From an uncultured Acetobacteraceae bacterium (GTDB lineage Bacteria > Pseudomonadota > Alphaproteobacteria > Acetobacterales > Acetobacteraceae), in contig CAXTPV010000002.1 of assembly GCA_964246135.1 (NCBI GenBank), forward strand, positions 1 to 47,635: 47,635 bases of DNA. Reading direction: 5' to 3'. The notes under the pieces were generated by a model. It was not told where the DNA came from, ran no database searches, and saw only the letters and a program-made list of their open reading frames with translations. Of the stretch, positions 1 to 8,115 are shown piece after piece. Both the position numbers and the translations under genes were made by a program. Each line of letters opens with the position of its first letter. Positions within the stretch are counted from its first letter, which is position 1.

Positions 1-402
1 GTTGCGTGCCCCCGCCGCGCCGATCGCCAGCGTGCCGACCGGAACCCCCGCCGGCATCTGCACGATCGACAGCAGGCTGTCGATCCCGCGCAGCGCCTGG
101 CTTTCGATCGGCACGCCGAGCACCGGCAGCGTCGTCCACGCGGCGCACATTCCGGGCAGATGCGCCGCCCCGCCGGCACCCGCGATGATCACCCGCAAGC
201 CACGCGACGCCGCGTCCTTGGCATAGGCCATCAGCCGGTCGGGCGTGCGATGCGCCGACACGATCCGCGCCTCGTGCGCGACGCCGAGTTCGGCCAGCAC
301 CGCGGCCCCGCGCGACATCGTGGTCCAGTCGGACTGGCTGCCCATGATCACGCCCACCACCGGCAGGTCGCCCGTCACCAGCGCGTGCTCACGCCACGTC
401 AT
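1..402 (-). CDS. purE: N5-carboxyaminoimidazole ribonucleotide mutase PurE (C-terminal end lies beyond the window start)
   Basis: Not in the ORF track because there is no stop in the window. The reverse complement from the ATG at 400-402 reads [41 protein letters not shown]...[29 protein letters not shown]. This carries the PurE signatures GSxSDW and AGGAAHLPG. Confidence 0.9.
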   Translation of the reverse strand, partial: MTWREHALVTGDLPVVGVIMGSQSDWTTMSRGAAVLAELGVAHEARIVSAHRTPDRLMAYAKDAASRGLRVIIAGAGGAAHLPGMCAAWTTLPVLGVPIESQALRGIDSLLSIVQMPAGVPVGTLAIGAAGARN

Positions 403-589
403 CGGGGATCAGCCGGCTTTCCAGCCAAGCGATCTCGTCCTTCAGCATCAGCTTGCGCTTCTTCAGCCGCTGTATCTGCAGCTGGTCCAGCGCCTCGCGC
501 CCAAGCCGGCTGACCACGGTGTCGAGGTCGCGATGCTCGCTCCGAAGCTCGTGCAGCTTGCGCAGCAGCGAGTCGCGATCGGTCAGCAT
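389..589 (-). CDS. DUF465 (YdcH-like) small coiled-coil protein
   Basis: 66-aa [29 protein letters not shown]...[20 protein letters not shown]. This is the typical DUF465 pattern. It overlaps the purE start by 14 nt. Confidence 0.75.
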   Translation of the reverse strand: MLTDRDSLLRKLHELRSEHRDLDTVVSRLGREALDQLQIQRLKKRKLMLKDEIAWLESRLIPDDVA

Positions 590-611
590 GACGAAAGCCC
601 AGGCGCCGCGA

Positions 612-1193
612 TCAGGCCGCCACGTCGTCGACCTCCGGCGGCGGCGGCACCGGCACGTGACGCCCCTCGCGCACCAGCCGCTCGTTGGCCGCCTGAACCA
701 TGGCGTTGAGGTCGGTCTGGGTGCACAGGCCGAGGATGACCGGATCGCGCGGCTTGATGTTGGCCGAGTTCCAGTGCTGGCGGTCGCGCACCTTCTGGAT
801 GGTGTCCTTGGTCGTCCCGAGCAGCTTGATCACCTGCGCGTCGGACAGTTGCGGGAAGTTGCGTAGGATGAACGCGATCGCGTCCGGGCGGTCGTTGCGC
901 TTGGCGACCGGCGTGTAGCGCGCCCCGCGCGACCGCTTCGGTCCCTGGAACGCGCTCGGCAGCACGTGCAGCCGCAGCTCACTGTCGCCCTCGCAGCGTG
1001 TGATCTCGTCGGCGCTGACCTGGTTGTTGGCGACCGGATCATAGCCGACGATGCCTTGCGCCACCTCGCCATCGGCGATCGCCTGGACTTCCAGCGGGTG
1101 CATGCCGCAGAAATCGGCGATCTGGGTGAAGGTCAGCGCGGTCTTCTCGATCAGCCACACCGCGGTGGCCTTCGGCATCAAGGGAAGCGTCAT
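612..1193 (-). CDS. DUF1013 family protein (TrcR-like cell-cycle transcriptional regulator of alphaproteobacteria)
   Basis: 193-aa ORF starting MTLPLMPKATAVWLIEKTALTFTQIADFCGMHPLEVQAIADGEVA..., with a second HTH-like half LSDAQVIKLLGTTKDTIQKVRDRQHWN. I recognise this as the conserved DUF1013 architecture. Confidence 0.8.
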   Translation of the reverse strand: MTLPLMPKATAVWLIEKTALTFTQIADFCGMHPLEVQAIADGEVAQGIVGYDPVANNQVSADEITRCEGDSELRLHVLPSAFQGPKRSRGARYTPVAKRNDRPDAIAFILRNFPQLSDAQVIKLLGTTKDTIQKVRDRQHWNSANIKPRDPVILGLCTQTDLNAMVQAANERLVREGRHVPVPPPPEVDDVAA

Positions 1194-1356
1194 CTTCGAC
1201 TACACCAATCTGGGAGGCGTCCCGGCTGGGCGAACCAAATCGTCAAGGAAGTCCGCCACGCGCCCGGCACGCGCGGGATCATGCCGCGTCTATGTCCATG
1301 CCAACCCGTCGGGGTCAAGCCCGGCGTGACAACAACAGCGGCGGCGTCGAAACGAA

Positions 1357-1380
1357 GAGGGGCCGGCGAACCGGCCCCTC
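1357..1380 (-). terminator. GC-rich hairpin downstream of hsp20 (putative intrinsic terminator)
   Basis: GAGGGGCCGG-cgaa-CCGGCCCCTC is a perfect 10-bp stem about 18 nt after the hsp20 stop. On the minus strand it is followed by TTCGTTTCG. Confidence 0.5.
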
Positions 1381-1397
1381 CGTCGGATCAGGACCGC

Positions 1398-1883
1398 TTA
1401 CGCGGCCGCTGCCTGACCACCCTCGTCGTTGCTCGCCGGCGCCGCGTTCAGCACCGGTGCTGCCGGCTTGCCGCCGATCGCGATCCGCCGCGGCTTTAAC
1501 GCCTCGGGAACGACCCGCGCCAGGTCGACATGCAGCAACCCGTTCTGCAGTTCCGCGCCCTGGACCACGATGTGGTCGGCGAGCACGAAGCGACGCTCGA
1601 ACCCGCGTCCGGCGATGCCGCGATAGATGGTCTCGCCACCTTCGGCCTTGGCCGCCGGCTTGCCGGTCACCACCAGGGTGTTGTCGCGTGCCACCAGCTC
1701 GACGTCGTCGGGGCCGAACCCGGCCACCGCCATCGTCAGCCGGTAGTGATCGTCGTCGAGCCTGTCGATGTTGTAGGGCGGGTAGGCAGGCGCCGCACCC
1801 GCCTCGATCGCCGAATCCATCAGCCGCGCCAGCCGGTCAAAGCCGATCGCGGTACGGAACAGGGGCGAGAAATCGTACGTCAT
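1398..1883 (-). CDS. Hsp20/alpha-crystallin family small heat-shock protein
   Basis: MTYDFSPLFRTAIGFDRLARLMD...PPYNIDRLDDDHYRLTMAVAGFGPDDVELVARDNTLVVTGK...GIAGRGFERRFVLADHIVVQGAELQNGLLHVDL is IbpA-like. The ORF-track start at 1904 was trimmed to the ATG at 1883, which has AGGAGG 6 nt upstream. Confidence 0.9.
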   Translation of the reverse strand: MTYDFSPLFRTAIGFDRLARLMDSAIEAGAAPAYPPYNIDRLDDDHYRLTMAVAGFGPDDVELVARDNTLVVTGKPAAKAEGGETIYRGIAGRGFERRFVLADHIVVQGAELQNGLLHVDLARVVPEALKPRRIAIGGKPAAPVLNAAPASNDEGGQAAAA

Positions 1884-1990
1884 GGAAAACCTCCTAAGGA
1901 GCAAGGTTCAAGTCAGACGGATCGCCCATGCGGGCCGACCCTGGCAGTCACCGGAACCCCATCGGGCATCCCGGCCGCCACCTGATTTGG
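1884..1990 (-). promoter_or_regulatory. ROSE-like RNA thermometer in the hsp20 5' leader
   Basis: The minus-strand leader ends ...CUUGAACCUUGCUCCUUAGGAGGUUUUCCAUG. The UUGCUCCU segment can pair with the AGGAGG SD, as in the terminal hairpin of rhizobial ROSE elements upstream of small-hsp genes. The 5' boundary is a guess. Confidence 0.5.
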
Positions 1991-2057
1991 TGCAACCTCA
2001 AATCTGCTTCAAGGAGGCGGGCGACGTCCCGAGGGCCCACCCGCGCCATCGCAAGAA

Positions 2058-2108
2058 GCCAAGGGACTTTGCCCTTTGACCCCATCAAAGGCGAAGCCCT
2101 TGAAATCC
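2058..2108 (-). repeat. 51-nt double-hairpin intergenic repeat, copy 1 (inverted orientation)
   Basis: The reverse complement is GGATTTCAAGGGCTTCGCCTTTGATGGGGTCAAAGGGCAAAGTCCCTTGGC. It matches the copies at 2191 and 4236 at nearly every position. Confidence 0.7.
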
Positions 2109-2190
2109 ATTCATCTTCTTGGTCTGAAGTGGAAGGCCGCTCGCACACCGATGATCTTCCTGCGAGAAGCTCGGTCATGACAGCTGGATC

Positions 2191-2241
2191 GGATTTCAAA
2201 GGCTCCGCCTTTGATGGGGTCCAGGGGTAAAACCCCTGGCC
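2191..2241 (+). repeat. 51-nt double-hairpin intergenic repeat, copy 2
   Basis: GGATTTCAAAGGCTCCGCCTTTGATGGGGTCCAGGGGTAAAACCCCTGGCC contains two stem-loops (CAAAGGC..GCCTTTG and CCAGGGG..CCCCTGG). It forms an inverted pair with copy 1 across an ~82-nt spacer. Confidence 0.7.
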
Positions 2242-2275
2242 TTACCTTCCTTACCGCTTAAGTCCCGCCCCAGCG

Positions 2276-2500
2276 TTACTTCGTCACGCCGATCCCGGCG
2301 AACCGCTTGTTGAAGCGCGCCACTCTGCCGCCGGTGTCCATCACCCGCTGCTGGCCGGTCCAGGCCGGATGCGACTTCGGATCGATGTCGAGCCGGATGG
2401 TGTCGCCCTCGCGGCCGTAACAGGATCGCGTCTTGAACGTGGTGCCGTCCGTCATCACGACGTTGATCTCGTGGTAGGCGGGATGGATCCCGGACTTCAT
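2276..2500 (-). CDS. rpmE: 50S ribosomal protein L31
   Basis: [67 protein letters not shown]. This is the C-terminal 74 aa of ORF 2276..2995. The long N-terminal extension in the track is Arg/Ala-rich read-through. Confidence 0.95.
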   Translation of the reverse strand: MKSGIHPAYHEINVVMTDGTTFKTRSCYGREGDTIRLDIDPKSHPAWTGQQRVMDTGGRVARFNKRFAGIGVTK

Positions 2501-2586
2501 CTTATCTGCCCCTGCTGTCGAGGCGCCGATGCCGACCGGCGCGCCCGCGTCGTAACCTGGCGAGCGGCGCGCGTAAAGCGCGCGCC

Positions 2587-3066
2587 CTATCCCCGTTGCC
2601 TGCTGGTGCCGGTGTTGCGGAACACCGCGTCGGCGACCCGCTTCTGGTCGGCCGAGAACTCCGCGTAGAGGGTCTGGAACGGAACCACCAGCTTGCCGAT
2701 CTGGCGCGCCCGCACCGTCTCGATCTCCGCGTAGGAGCGCAGGTCGTCGGTGGCGGTCATGGTGGCGAACCCCTGCGCCCGCGTCGTCATGATCTGGTTC
2801 ATCTCGGCCGCGTTCGTGCGCATCACCGCGGTGAAATCCTGCCAGGCCGGCTCCTGCTGGCCGCTGATCTGCAGCTCGGCGTGCAGGTCGGCGATCCGCT
2901 GCGCCAGCCGTTGCGCCGCCGCCTGCTCGCCACCGGGGTCGCCGAAGGCCGGCTGCGGCTGCGGCGCCTGTGCCGATGGGGGCGTCTGTCCCCACGCCGT
3001 GCCGCCGCCGAGCGCCAGCGCCGCTGCCGCGACCGCACCGATCACGCGGGTTCGATGATTGACCAT
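2587..3066 (-). CDS. Periplasmic Spy/CpxP-like (LTXXQ-type) protein
   Basis: Signal peptide [27 protein letters not shown], followed by a helical Q/A-rich body ([29 protein letters not shown]...[13 protein letters not shown]). The start was trimmed to the ATG at 3066. The family call is tentative. Confidence 0.5.
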   Translation of the reverse strand: MVNHRTRVIGAVAAAALALGGGTAWGQTPPSAQAPQPQPAFGDPGGEQAAAQRLAQRIADLHAELQISGQQEPAWQDFTAVMRTNAAEMNQIMTTRAQGFATMTATDDLRSYAEIETVRARQIGKLVVPFQTLYAEFSADQKRVADAVFRNTGTSRQRG

Positions 3067-3151
3067 GGGCTTGCTCCGTCCTGCCTCGGCCGCCAACGCG
3101 GCGGCCGGCCCACGGTTGTCAGGTGGGGCGTCCGGCGTGGATCATGCGCCG

Positions 3152-4012
3152 ATGCACATCCTGTCCATCCAGTCCTGGGTCGCGTTCGGCCATGTCGGCA
3201 ACGCCGCCGCGATCTTCCCGCTGCAACGGCTCGGCGCCGAGGTCTCGGCGATCCACACCGTCCAGTTCTCCAACCACACCGGCTATGGCGACTGGACCGG
3301 CGAGGTGTTCCCGGGCCACGCGGTCAGCGCGCTGGTCGATGGCCTCGACCGGCGCGCCGTGCTGCCGAGGATCGACGCCGTGCTCTCGGGCTATGTCGGC
3401 GATCCGGCCACCGGCATTGCCATCCTCGACGCCGTCGCGCGGGTCAGGCGGGCCAACGCCCGCGCGCTCTACGCGCTCGACCCGGTGTTCGGCGACACCG
3501 CGACCGGCGTGTTCGCGCGCCCCGGCGTGGTCGAGCTGTTCGGCGCGCGCGCCGTGCCCGAGGCAGATGTCCTGACGCCGAACCATTTCGAGCTGGAGCG
3601 CCTGACCGGCACCGCCCTGCCCACGCTCGGCGCCGCCAAGGCCGCCGCGTCGGCCTTGCGCGCACGCATGCGCGGGCAGGGTGCCCGGCCGGTGCTGGTG
3701 ACGAGCCTGCTGGCCGGGCACGAAGCCGCCGACACCATCGAGCTGATGGTCGCCACCGCCGATGGCTGCCATCGCCTTCGCACCCCCCGCCTTAACGCCG
3801 AGGTCAACGGCGCCGGCGACATGATCGCCGCCTTGTTCCTGTTCCACGTGTTGCGCGACAACGATCCGGTGCTGGCGATGGCGCTGAGCGCGAGCGCGGT
3901 CTGGGGCGTGATCCGCCGCACCATCGAGTCCGGCCAGCGCGAACTCGCCCTCGTCGCCGCCCAGGACGAACTGGTCCAGCCCACAACGCTGTTCCGCCCG
4001 GAACCCTGCTGA
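3152..4012 (+). CDS. pdxY: Pyridoxal kinase PdxY
   Basis: MHILSIQSWVAFGHVGNAAAIFPLQRLGAEVSAIHTVQFSNHTGYGDWTG...SGYVGD...NGAGDMIAALF is the ribokinase-fold PdxY pattern. The start is the internal ATG (residue 32 of ORF 3059..4012). Confidence 0.85.
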   Translation: MHILSIQSWVAFGHVGNAAAIFPLQRLGAEVSAIHTVQFSNHTGYGDWTGEVFPGHAVSALVDGLDRRAVLPRIDAVLSGYVGDPATGIAILDAVARVRRANARALYALDPVFGDTATGVFARPGVVELFGARAVPEADVLTPNHFELERLTGTALPTLGAAKAAASALRARMRGQGARPVLVTSLLAGHEAADTIELMVATADGCHRLRTPRLNAEVNGAGDMIAALFLFHVLRDNDPVLAMALSASAVWGVIRRTIESGQRELALVAAQDELVQPTTLFRPEPC

Positions 4013-4235
4013 CGATGCGCGATGCTTGCGCCCAGGCGTATAACGGCACCCATGGCGGCGCGGCGGCGTTGCCCCCAGCCCGCCGCCAACTCAAGAATCT
4101 TGATTTAATTTCAAGTTTCGCGCCGCCCGTCCTCGGCCCAGGTCAACCTTTCGCTGGCGGGAAGCTGAAGCAAGGCGAGGGCTCTGCCCTCGACCCGCTG
4201 GGGCCATCGGCCCCAGACCCCATTTCTGAATGAAA

Positions 4236-4286
4236 GGATTTCAAAGGCTTCGCCTTTGATAGGGTCAAGGGGCAAAGCCCCTTGCC
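4236..4286 (+). repeat. 51-nt double-hairpin intergenic repeat, copy 3
   Basis: GGATTTCAAAGGCTTCGCCTTTGATAGGGTCAAGGGGCAAAGCCCCTTGCC lies in the 306-nt gap between convergent pdxY and the AGE-family gene. It is preceded by two more GC hairpins (GAGGGCtctGCCCTC, CTGGGGCCatcGGCCCCAG). Confidence 0.7.
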
Positions 4287-4318
4287 TTGGTTAGGCTTCG
4301 AACAGCGCCTTCGGCGCT

Positions 4319-5470
4319 CTAGACCACCAGCCGGGCAAGCTCATCGGCCGCCGCCACGATGTGGTAGAACGTGCTCGCCGGCACCGGATGCTCGCCAAAG
4401 CTGCCATCCGCCTCGATGCGGTCGTGCCACAGCCCCGCCAGCGGCACGTCGAGGTAGCGCAGCAGCGCCTCGCCGCCGGCGCGCGCGACCTCGCCGAACC
4501 GCGCCTCGCCGGTGACCTGCCGCGCCAGCAGCCCCGCCTTGATCCGCTCGGTCTGCGGCCAGGTCCGCCCCACCGCCGCGTGCACCGACATGTCGTCGAG
4601 CAGCGCCTCGTAGGCGACGCCGCGCACGGGGTCGATCCCGTGCGTCTCGGTGAGGTCGATCAGCCGCAGGCTGGCGGCGATGGCGTCGTCGCGCCCGCGC
4701 AGGCTGCCCCAGCGCAGCAGCAGCCAGGCCCACTCGTACTGGTGTCCCGGCTCCACCAGCCGGCCGGGCAGGCCCTCGGCCAGGCTCCAGTCGGCGGCGA
4801 AGTTCTCGTGCAGCGCGCCGGTCGCGGCTGCGATCATGCGGGTGAGCGCAAGCGTCGCGATCTCGTCGGCCAGCGCCCCCCAGGCCGCGTCGCCTCCCAC
4901 CTCGATCCAGGCGAGGCACGCTTCCAGCAGGTGCATGTGCGGGTTGGACAGCAGCGGCAGCGGCCGCGCCTCGCTCGAACGCAAGCCCCCTCCGGCGTGG
5001 CCGAACCGCGCCCTCAGCGCCGCCAGCATGGCCAGGGCATCGTCATGGTGTCGACCGCCGCCGAGCACGATGTGCGCGCGGGCGTAAGCCAGCAGCGCGA
5101 AGCTGTGATCGTACACCACCGCGCGCTCGTCCAGCACCGTGCCGTCGGCCGCCACCAGCGTGCGCAGCAGCCCGTCCGGCCGGACGTAGCGACCCGCCAC
5201 GTAGTCCAGCCCGTGCCGCATCAGCGCGGCCGCCGGGCCGTCCCAGCCGAGCCCCGCGGCCGAGGCGAACGCGACCACCTGTCGCGGCTGCACCCGCGCC
5301 CGCCGCGGCGCCTCGACCGGCGTGCCGTCCAAGGCCAGCGCCTCGTGGAACCCGCCTCGGACCGCGTCCACGCCGCGCTCCGACCAGAGCGGATAGGCGC
5401 ACTCCCGCACCCAGCCCACCAGCCGGTCGCGCAGGCCGATCAGCGACGTGATCTCTCGTTGCATGCGCAA
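4319..5470 (-). CDS. AGE-family epimerase/isomerase (N-acylglucosamine 2-epimerase / mannose-6-phosphate isomerase-like)
   Basis: 383 aa. An (alpha/alpha)6-barrel-type pattern is visible: YPLWSERGVD..GGFHEAL..., VYDHSFALLAYA, NPHMHLLEACLAW, EPGHQYEWAWLL, YHIVAA. Confidence 0.8.
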   Translation of the reverse strand: MRMQREITSLIGLRDRLVGWVRECAYPLWSERGVDAVRGGFHEALALDGTPVEAPRRARVQPRQVVAFASAAGLGWDGPAAALMRHGLDYVAGRYVRPDGLLRTLVAADGTVLDERAVVYDHSFALLAYARAHIVLGGGRHHDDALAMLAALRARFGHAGGGLRSSEARPLPLLSNPHMHLLEACLAWIEVGGDAAWGALADEIATLALTRMIAAATGALHENFAADWSLAEGLPGRLVEPGHQYEWAWLLLRWGSLRGRDDAIAASLRLIDLTETHGIDPVRGVAYEALLDDMSVHAAVGRTWPQTERIKAGLLARQVTGEARFGEVARAGGEALLRYLDVPLAGLWHDRIEADGSFGEHPVPASTFYHIVAAADELARLVV

Positions 5471-5565
5471 TGTCTTGTTCCATCCGGGCCGGCGGGCGCA
5501 AGCTGTCTCTCCGGCCAGAAGGCCGCCCGCGTGCTCAGGAGGCCCGCGTGCTCAGGAGGTGCCTG

Positions 5566-5997
5566 ATGAGCATTCCCTCGATTCTCCGCAGAAAGAACCC
5601 CGGCGTCATCTCGGTCGCGCCGGGCGACACCATCGCGACCGCGGTCTCGGTGCTCGGCGAGCGACGCATCGGCGCCGTGCTGGTGTGCGACGGCGACGAA
5701 ATCCACGGCATCCTGAGCGAGCGCGACGTGGTCCGCAGCCTGGCGACCAAAGGTGCCGCGACGCTGACGCTGACCGCCGCCGACCTGATGACGGCGGTGC
5801 TCTACACCATCACCCCCGACACCACGATCCAGCGCGCCATGGAGGTGATGACGGAGGGCAGGGTGCGGCATCTGCCGGTGATGTCGGACGGCAAGCTGGC
5901 CGGGCTGGTCAGCATCGGCGACGTGGTCAAGGAACGGCTCGACCAGCAGGCGGGCGAGGTCGACGCGCTGCGCGACTACGTCGCCGGCCAAGGCTGA
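5566..5997 (+). CDS. CBS-domain pair protein
   Basis: MSIPSILRRKNPGVISVAPGDTIATAVSVLGERRIGAVLVCDGDEIHGILSERDVVR...TIQRAMEVMTEGRVRHLPVMSDGKLAGLVSIGDVVK contains two CBS motifs. The ATG at 5566 has AGGAGG upstream. Confidence 0.85.
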   Translation: MSIPSILRRKNPGVISVAPGDTIATAVSVLGERRIGAVLVCDGDEIHGILSERDVVRSLATKGAATLTLTAADLMTAVLYTITPDTTIQRAMEVMTEGRVRHLPVMSDGKLAGLVSIGDVVKERLDQQAGEVDALRDYVAGQG

Positions 5998-7061
5998 GCC
6001 GCCGGATCGGCGCGCCACCGCCGCCGCAAGGCGAGATTCGCGGGCCTGCCGAGCCCGCTCGCAATCAGCGCGGCCAGCAGCATCGAGCCCGCGAGAAAGA
6101 CCGCGAGCAGGAGCAGCGTGGACGCCGGGCCGCCGGCGCGCGGCACGGCCGTCCGGAGCAGCCCGAGCACCACCAGATGGAACAGATAGAGCTCGTAGCT
6201 GTGCCGCCCGGTCCAGGCGACGGCGCGCCACGGCCCGGCGCCTCTCGCCGGCGTCTCCCTCGAGGCCAACAGCAGGATCGCGGTGGCCACCGCGCCCACC
6301 GACACGCCGCCGACCGCCGTGCGCCAGATCGGCCACGCGAACAGCAGCGCCGCGAGCCCCCCGCCCGCTGCGATCACCAGCATCCGGCGAGGCCGCCAGC
6401 GTGCCGGCAGCAACGCCGCGCCGCAGCCGATCGCAATCGCATCGAAGCACGACGCGTAGGCGTAGAGCAGCCCGTTCTCGTCATCGGCGTGCAGCGCCCG
6501 GTTGACCGGTCCGAGCACGACCAGCCCGGCAAGCGTCGCGACCAGCACCCACCGCCATCGCGACGCCAGCGCCAGCAACGGGAACGCCGCGTAGAACACC
6601 TCTTCCACCGACAGCGACCACAGCACGCAGAGCGCGTAGTTGAACCAGCCCGCCTGTGCCATCAGCAGGTTGATCCGCAAGGTCAGCGCCGCCGCGTCGG
6701 CCGTGGCGAACGAAACCGGACCGCCCCACTCGGGATGGTTGCCGAACATGGCGACATTCCCGAGCCCGAGCGCGTTCACGATGGTGAGCAGCAGCAGCAG
6801 GCAGGGCAGGATGCGCGCGACCCGCAGCGCGTAGAACCGCGCCGGCTGGATGCGGTCGAGTGCGCCCCAACGCGCCAGTGCGTTGCCGGTGATCAGATAG
6901 CCCGACACCGCGAAGAACATCGTGACGCCGTAATTGCCGTTGCGCACCAGCCGGTGCAGCGGCCCGAGCGTGTAGGCGATGTCGAAGTGGTGCAGCAGCA
7001 CCAGGCCGATCGCAACGCCCCGCAAGGTGTCGATGGCACCGTTCCGCCGCCCCGTCGCCAC
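5976..7061 (-). CDS. Acyltransferase family 3 integral membrane protein
   Basis: 361 aa. The N-terminal motif IDTLRGVAIGLVLLHH is followed by about 10 hydrophobic segments. It overlaps the convergent CBS gene by 22 nt. Confidence 0.8.
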   Translation of the reverse strand: MATGRRNGAIDTLRGVAIGLVLLHHFDIAYTLGPLHRLVRNGNYGVTMFFAVSGYLITGNALARWGALDRIQPARFYALRVARILPCLLLLLTIVNALGLGNVAMFGNHPEWGGPVSFATADAAALTLRINLLMAQAGWFNYALCVLWSLSVEEVFYAAFPLLALASRWRWVLVATLAGLVVLGPVNRALHADDENGLLYAYASCFDAIAIGCGAALLPARWRPRRMLVIAAGGGLAALLFAWPIWRTAVGGVSVGAVATAILLLASRETPARGAGPWRAVAWTGRHSYELYLFHLVVLGLLRTAVPRAGGPASTLLLLAVFLAGSMLLAALIASGLGRPANLALRRRWRADPAAQPWPAT

Positions 7062-7065
7062 CTGG

Positions 7066-7518
7066 TCAATAGCGCTTGTAGGGCAGGAACTTGCCGCTCA
7101 TCACGATGCGCACCCGGTCGCCGGCCGGGTCAGGCTCGCGCTCCAGCGACATCTGGAAGTCGATCGCGCTCATGATGCCGTCGCCGAACTCCTCCCCGAT
7201 CAGCTCCTTCCACGTCGTGCCGTAGACCTGCAGCAGCTCGTGAAACCGGTAAAGCAAGGGGTCGGTCGGCGGACCGGGCGGCAACGCGCCGCGATACGGG
7301 ATCGCTTGCAGCGTCGCCGCGTCGTCGGCTGACAATCCGAGCGCGTGAGCCAGCCTGCCGGCCGCGTCCGCCGGCACCGCCATCTGCCCGAGGCAGGCGG
7401 CGCAGGTCCAGACCGGGGACTGGCCGGCGATGGCGGCGAGCGCGCCCCAGCCCAGGCCACGCTCCCGCTTGATCGCGACGATCCGCTCGCCCAGCGTGGT
7501 TTTCGCGTCGTTCAGCAT
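7066..7518 (-). CDS. cynS: Cyanate hydratase (cyanase)
   Basis: MLNDAKTTLGERIVAIKRERGLGWGALA...PTDPLLYRFHELLQVYGTTWKELIGEEFGDGIMSAIDFQMSL...SGKFLPYKRY aligns by eye with E. coli CynS (PTDPTMYRFYEMLQVYGTT..FGDGIISAINF..GKYLPTKPF). The ATG at 7518 has AGGAGG 6 nt upstream. Confidence 0.9.
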   Translation of the reverse strand: MLNDAKTTLGERIVAIKRERGLGWGALAAIAGQSPVWTCAACLGQMAVPADAAGRLAHALGLSADDAATLQAIPYRGALPPGPPTDPLLYRFHELLQVYGTTWKELIGEEFGDGIMSAIDFQMSLEREPDPAGDRVRIVMSGKFLPYKRY

Positions 7519-7626
7519 GTCCGTCCTCCTTGGCATGGCGCGGTTCACCGCAACAGGATTAAAGGTCGGAGGCGAGCCTCGTCTCAACCGGGGGCAAGCT
7601 CGCGCCGCATCGGAGGAGCGATCGCC

Positions 7627-8115
7627 ATGGCCCTGCCTACCCTGCACACCGACCGGCTGCGGCCGCCCGGCTGGATCGGCGAGTTCCGGGCCTTCATCAT
7701 GCGCGGCAGCGTGGTCGACCTCGCGGTCGGCATCATCATCGGCGCCGCCTTCACTGGCATCGTCCAGAGCCTGGTCAAGGACATCTTCAACCCGGTGATC
7801 GGCCTGCTGATCGGCGGCATCGACTTCACCAACCTGTTCGTGACCCTGAAGGGACCGGTGACGCACACGCTTGCCGACGCGCAGCACGCCGGCGCCGTCA
7901 CCATCAACTACGGCAACTTCGTCAACGCGATCGTGCAGTTCATCATCGTCAGCTTCGCGATCTTCTGGGTGGTGCGGTTGCTGACCCGCCTGCACGTGCG
8001 CCAGGAGGCGGCGGCCGCCGCGACGCCGGCCCAGGAGCTTCTGCTCGCCGAGATACGCGACATCCTGCTGCGGCAGGACGCGGCACCCGCCGCGCCGACG
8101 CTCACGGAACGCTGA
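7627..8115 (+). CDS. mscL: Large-conductance mechanosensitive channel
   Basis: ...GEFRAFIMRGSVVDLAVGIIIGAAFTGIVQSLVKDIFNPVIGLLIGGIDFTNLF is the MscL TM1 signature. The ATG at 7627 has GGAGGAG upstream. Confidence 0.9.
   Translation: MALPTLHTDRLRPPGWIGEFRAFIMRGSVVDLAVGIIIGAAFTGIVQSLVKDIFNPVIGLLIGGIDFTNLFVTLKGPVTHTLADAQHAGAVTINYGNFVNAIVQFIIVSFAIFWVVRLLTRLHVRQEAAAAATPAQELLLAEIRDILLRQDAAPAAPTLTER

Noticed and set aside
1990-2030. Possible sigma-32-type promoter (CTTGAA ... CACCAAAT) upstream of hsp20
   Set aside because: The -10 match is weak, and ROSE-controlled genes classically use housekeeping-type promoters. The evidence is too thin to list as a feature.
2276-2995. N-terminal extensions in the ORF track (also 7066..7995, 7345..8115, 8666..9577, 9606..10796, 26824..27735, 37811..39409, 43413..44534)
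   Set aside because: In each case the recognisable protein begins at an internal ATG, usually with a nearby SD. The upstream part is low-complexity read-through, so the starts were trimmed.
2596-3795. 399-aa ORF on the + strand, the largest in this area of the track
   Set aside because: The translation is Arg/Gly/Pro/Ala-rich with no motifs. It runs antisense to or out of frame with the well-supported Spy-like and pdxY genes. This is a typical high-GC shadow ORF.
5448-7175. 575-aa ORF on the + strand
   Set aside because: The composition is extreme in Arg, Gly, Pro and Gln. It lies opposite the acyltransferase-3 gene and out of frame with the CBS gene, both of which have clear family signatures.
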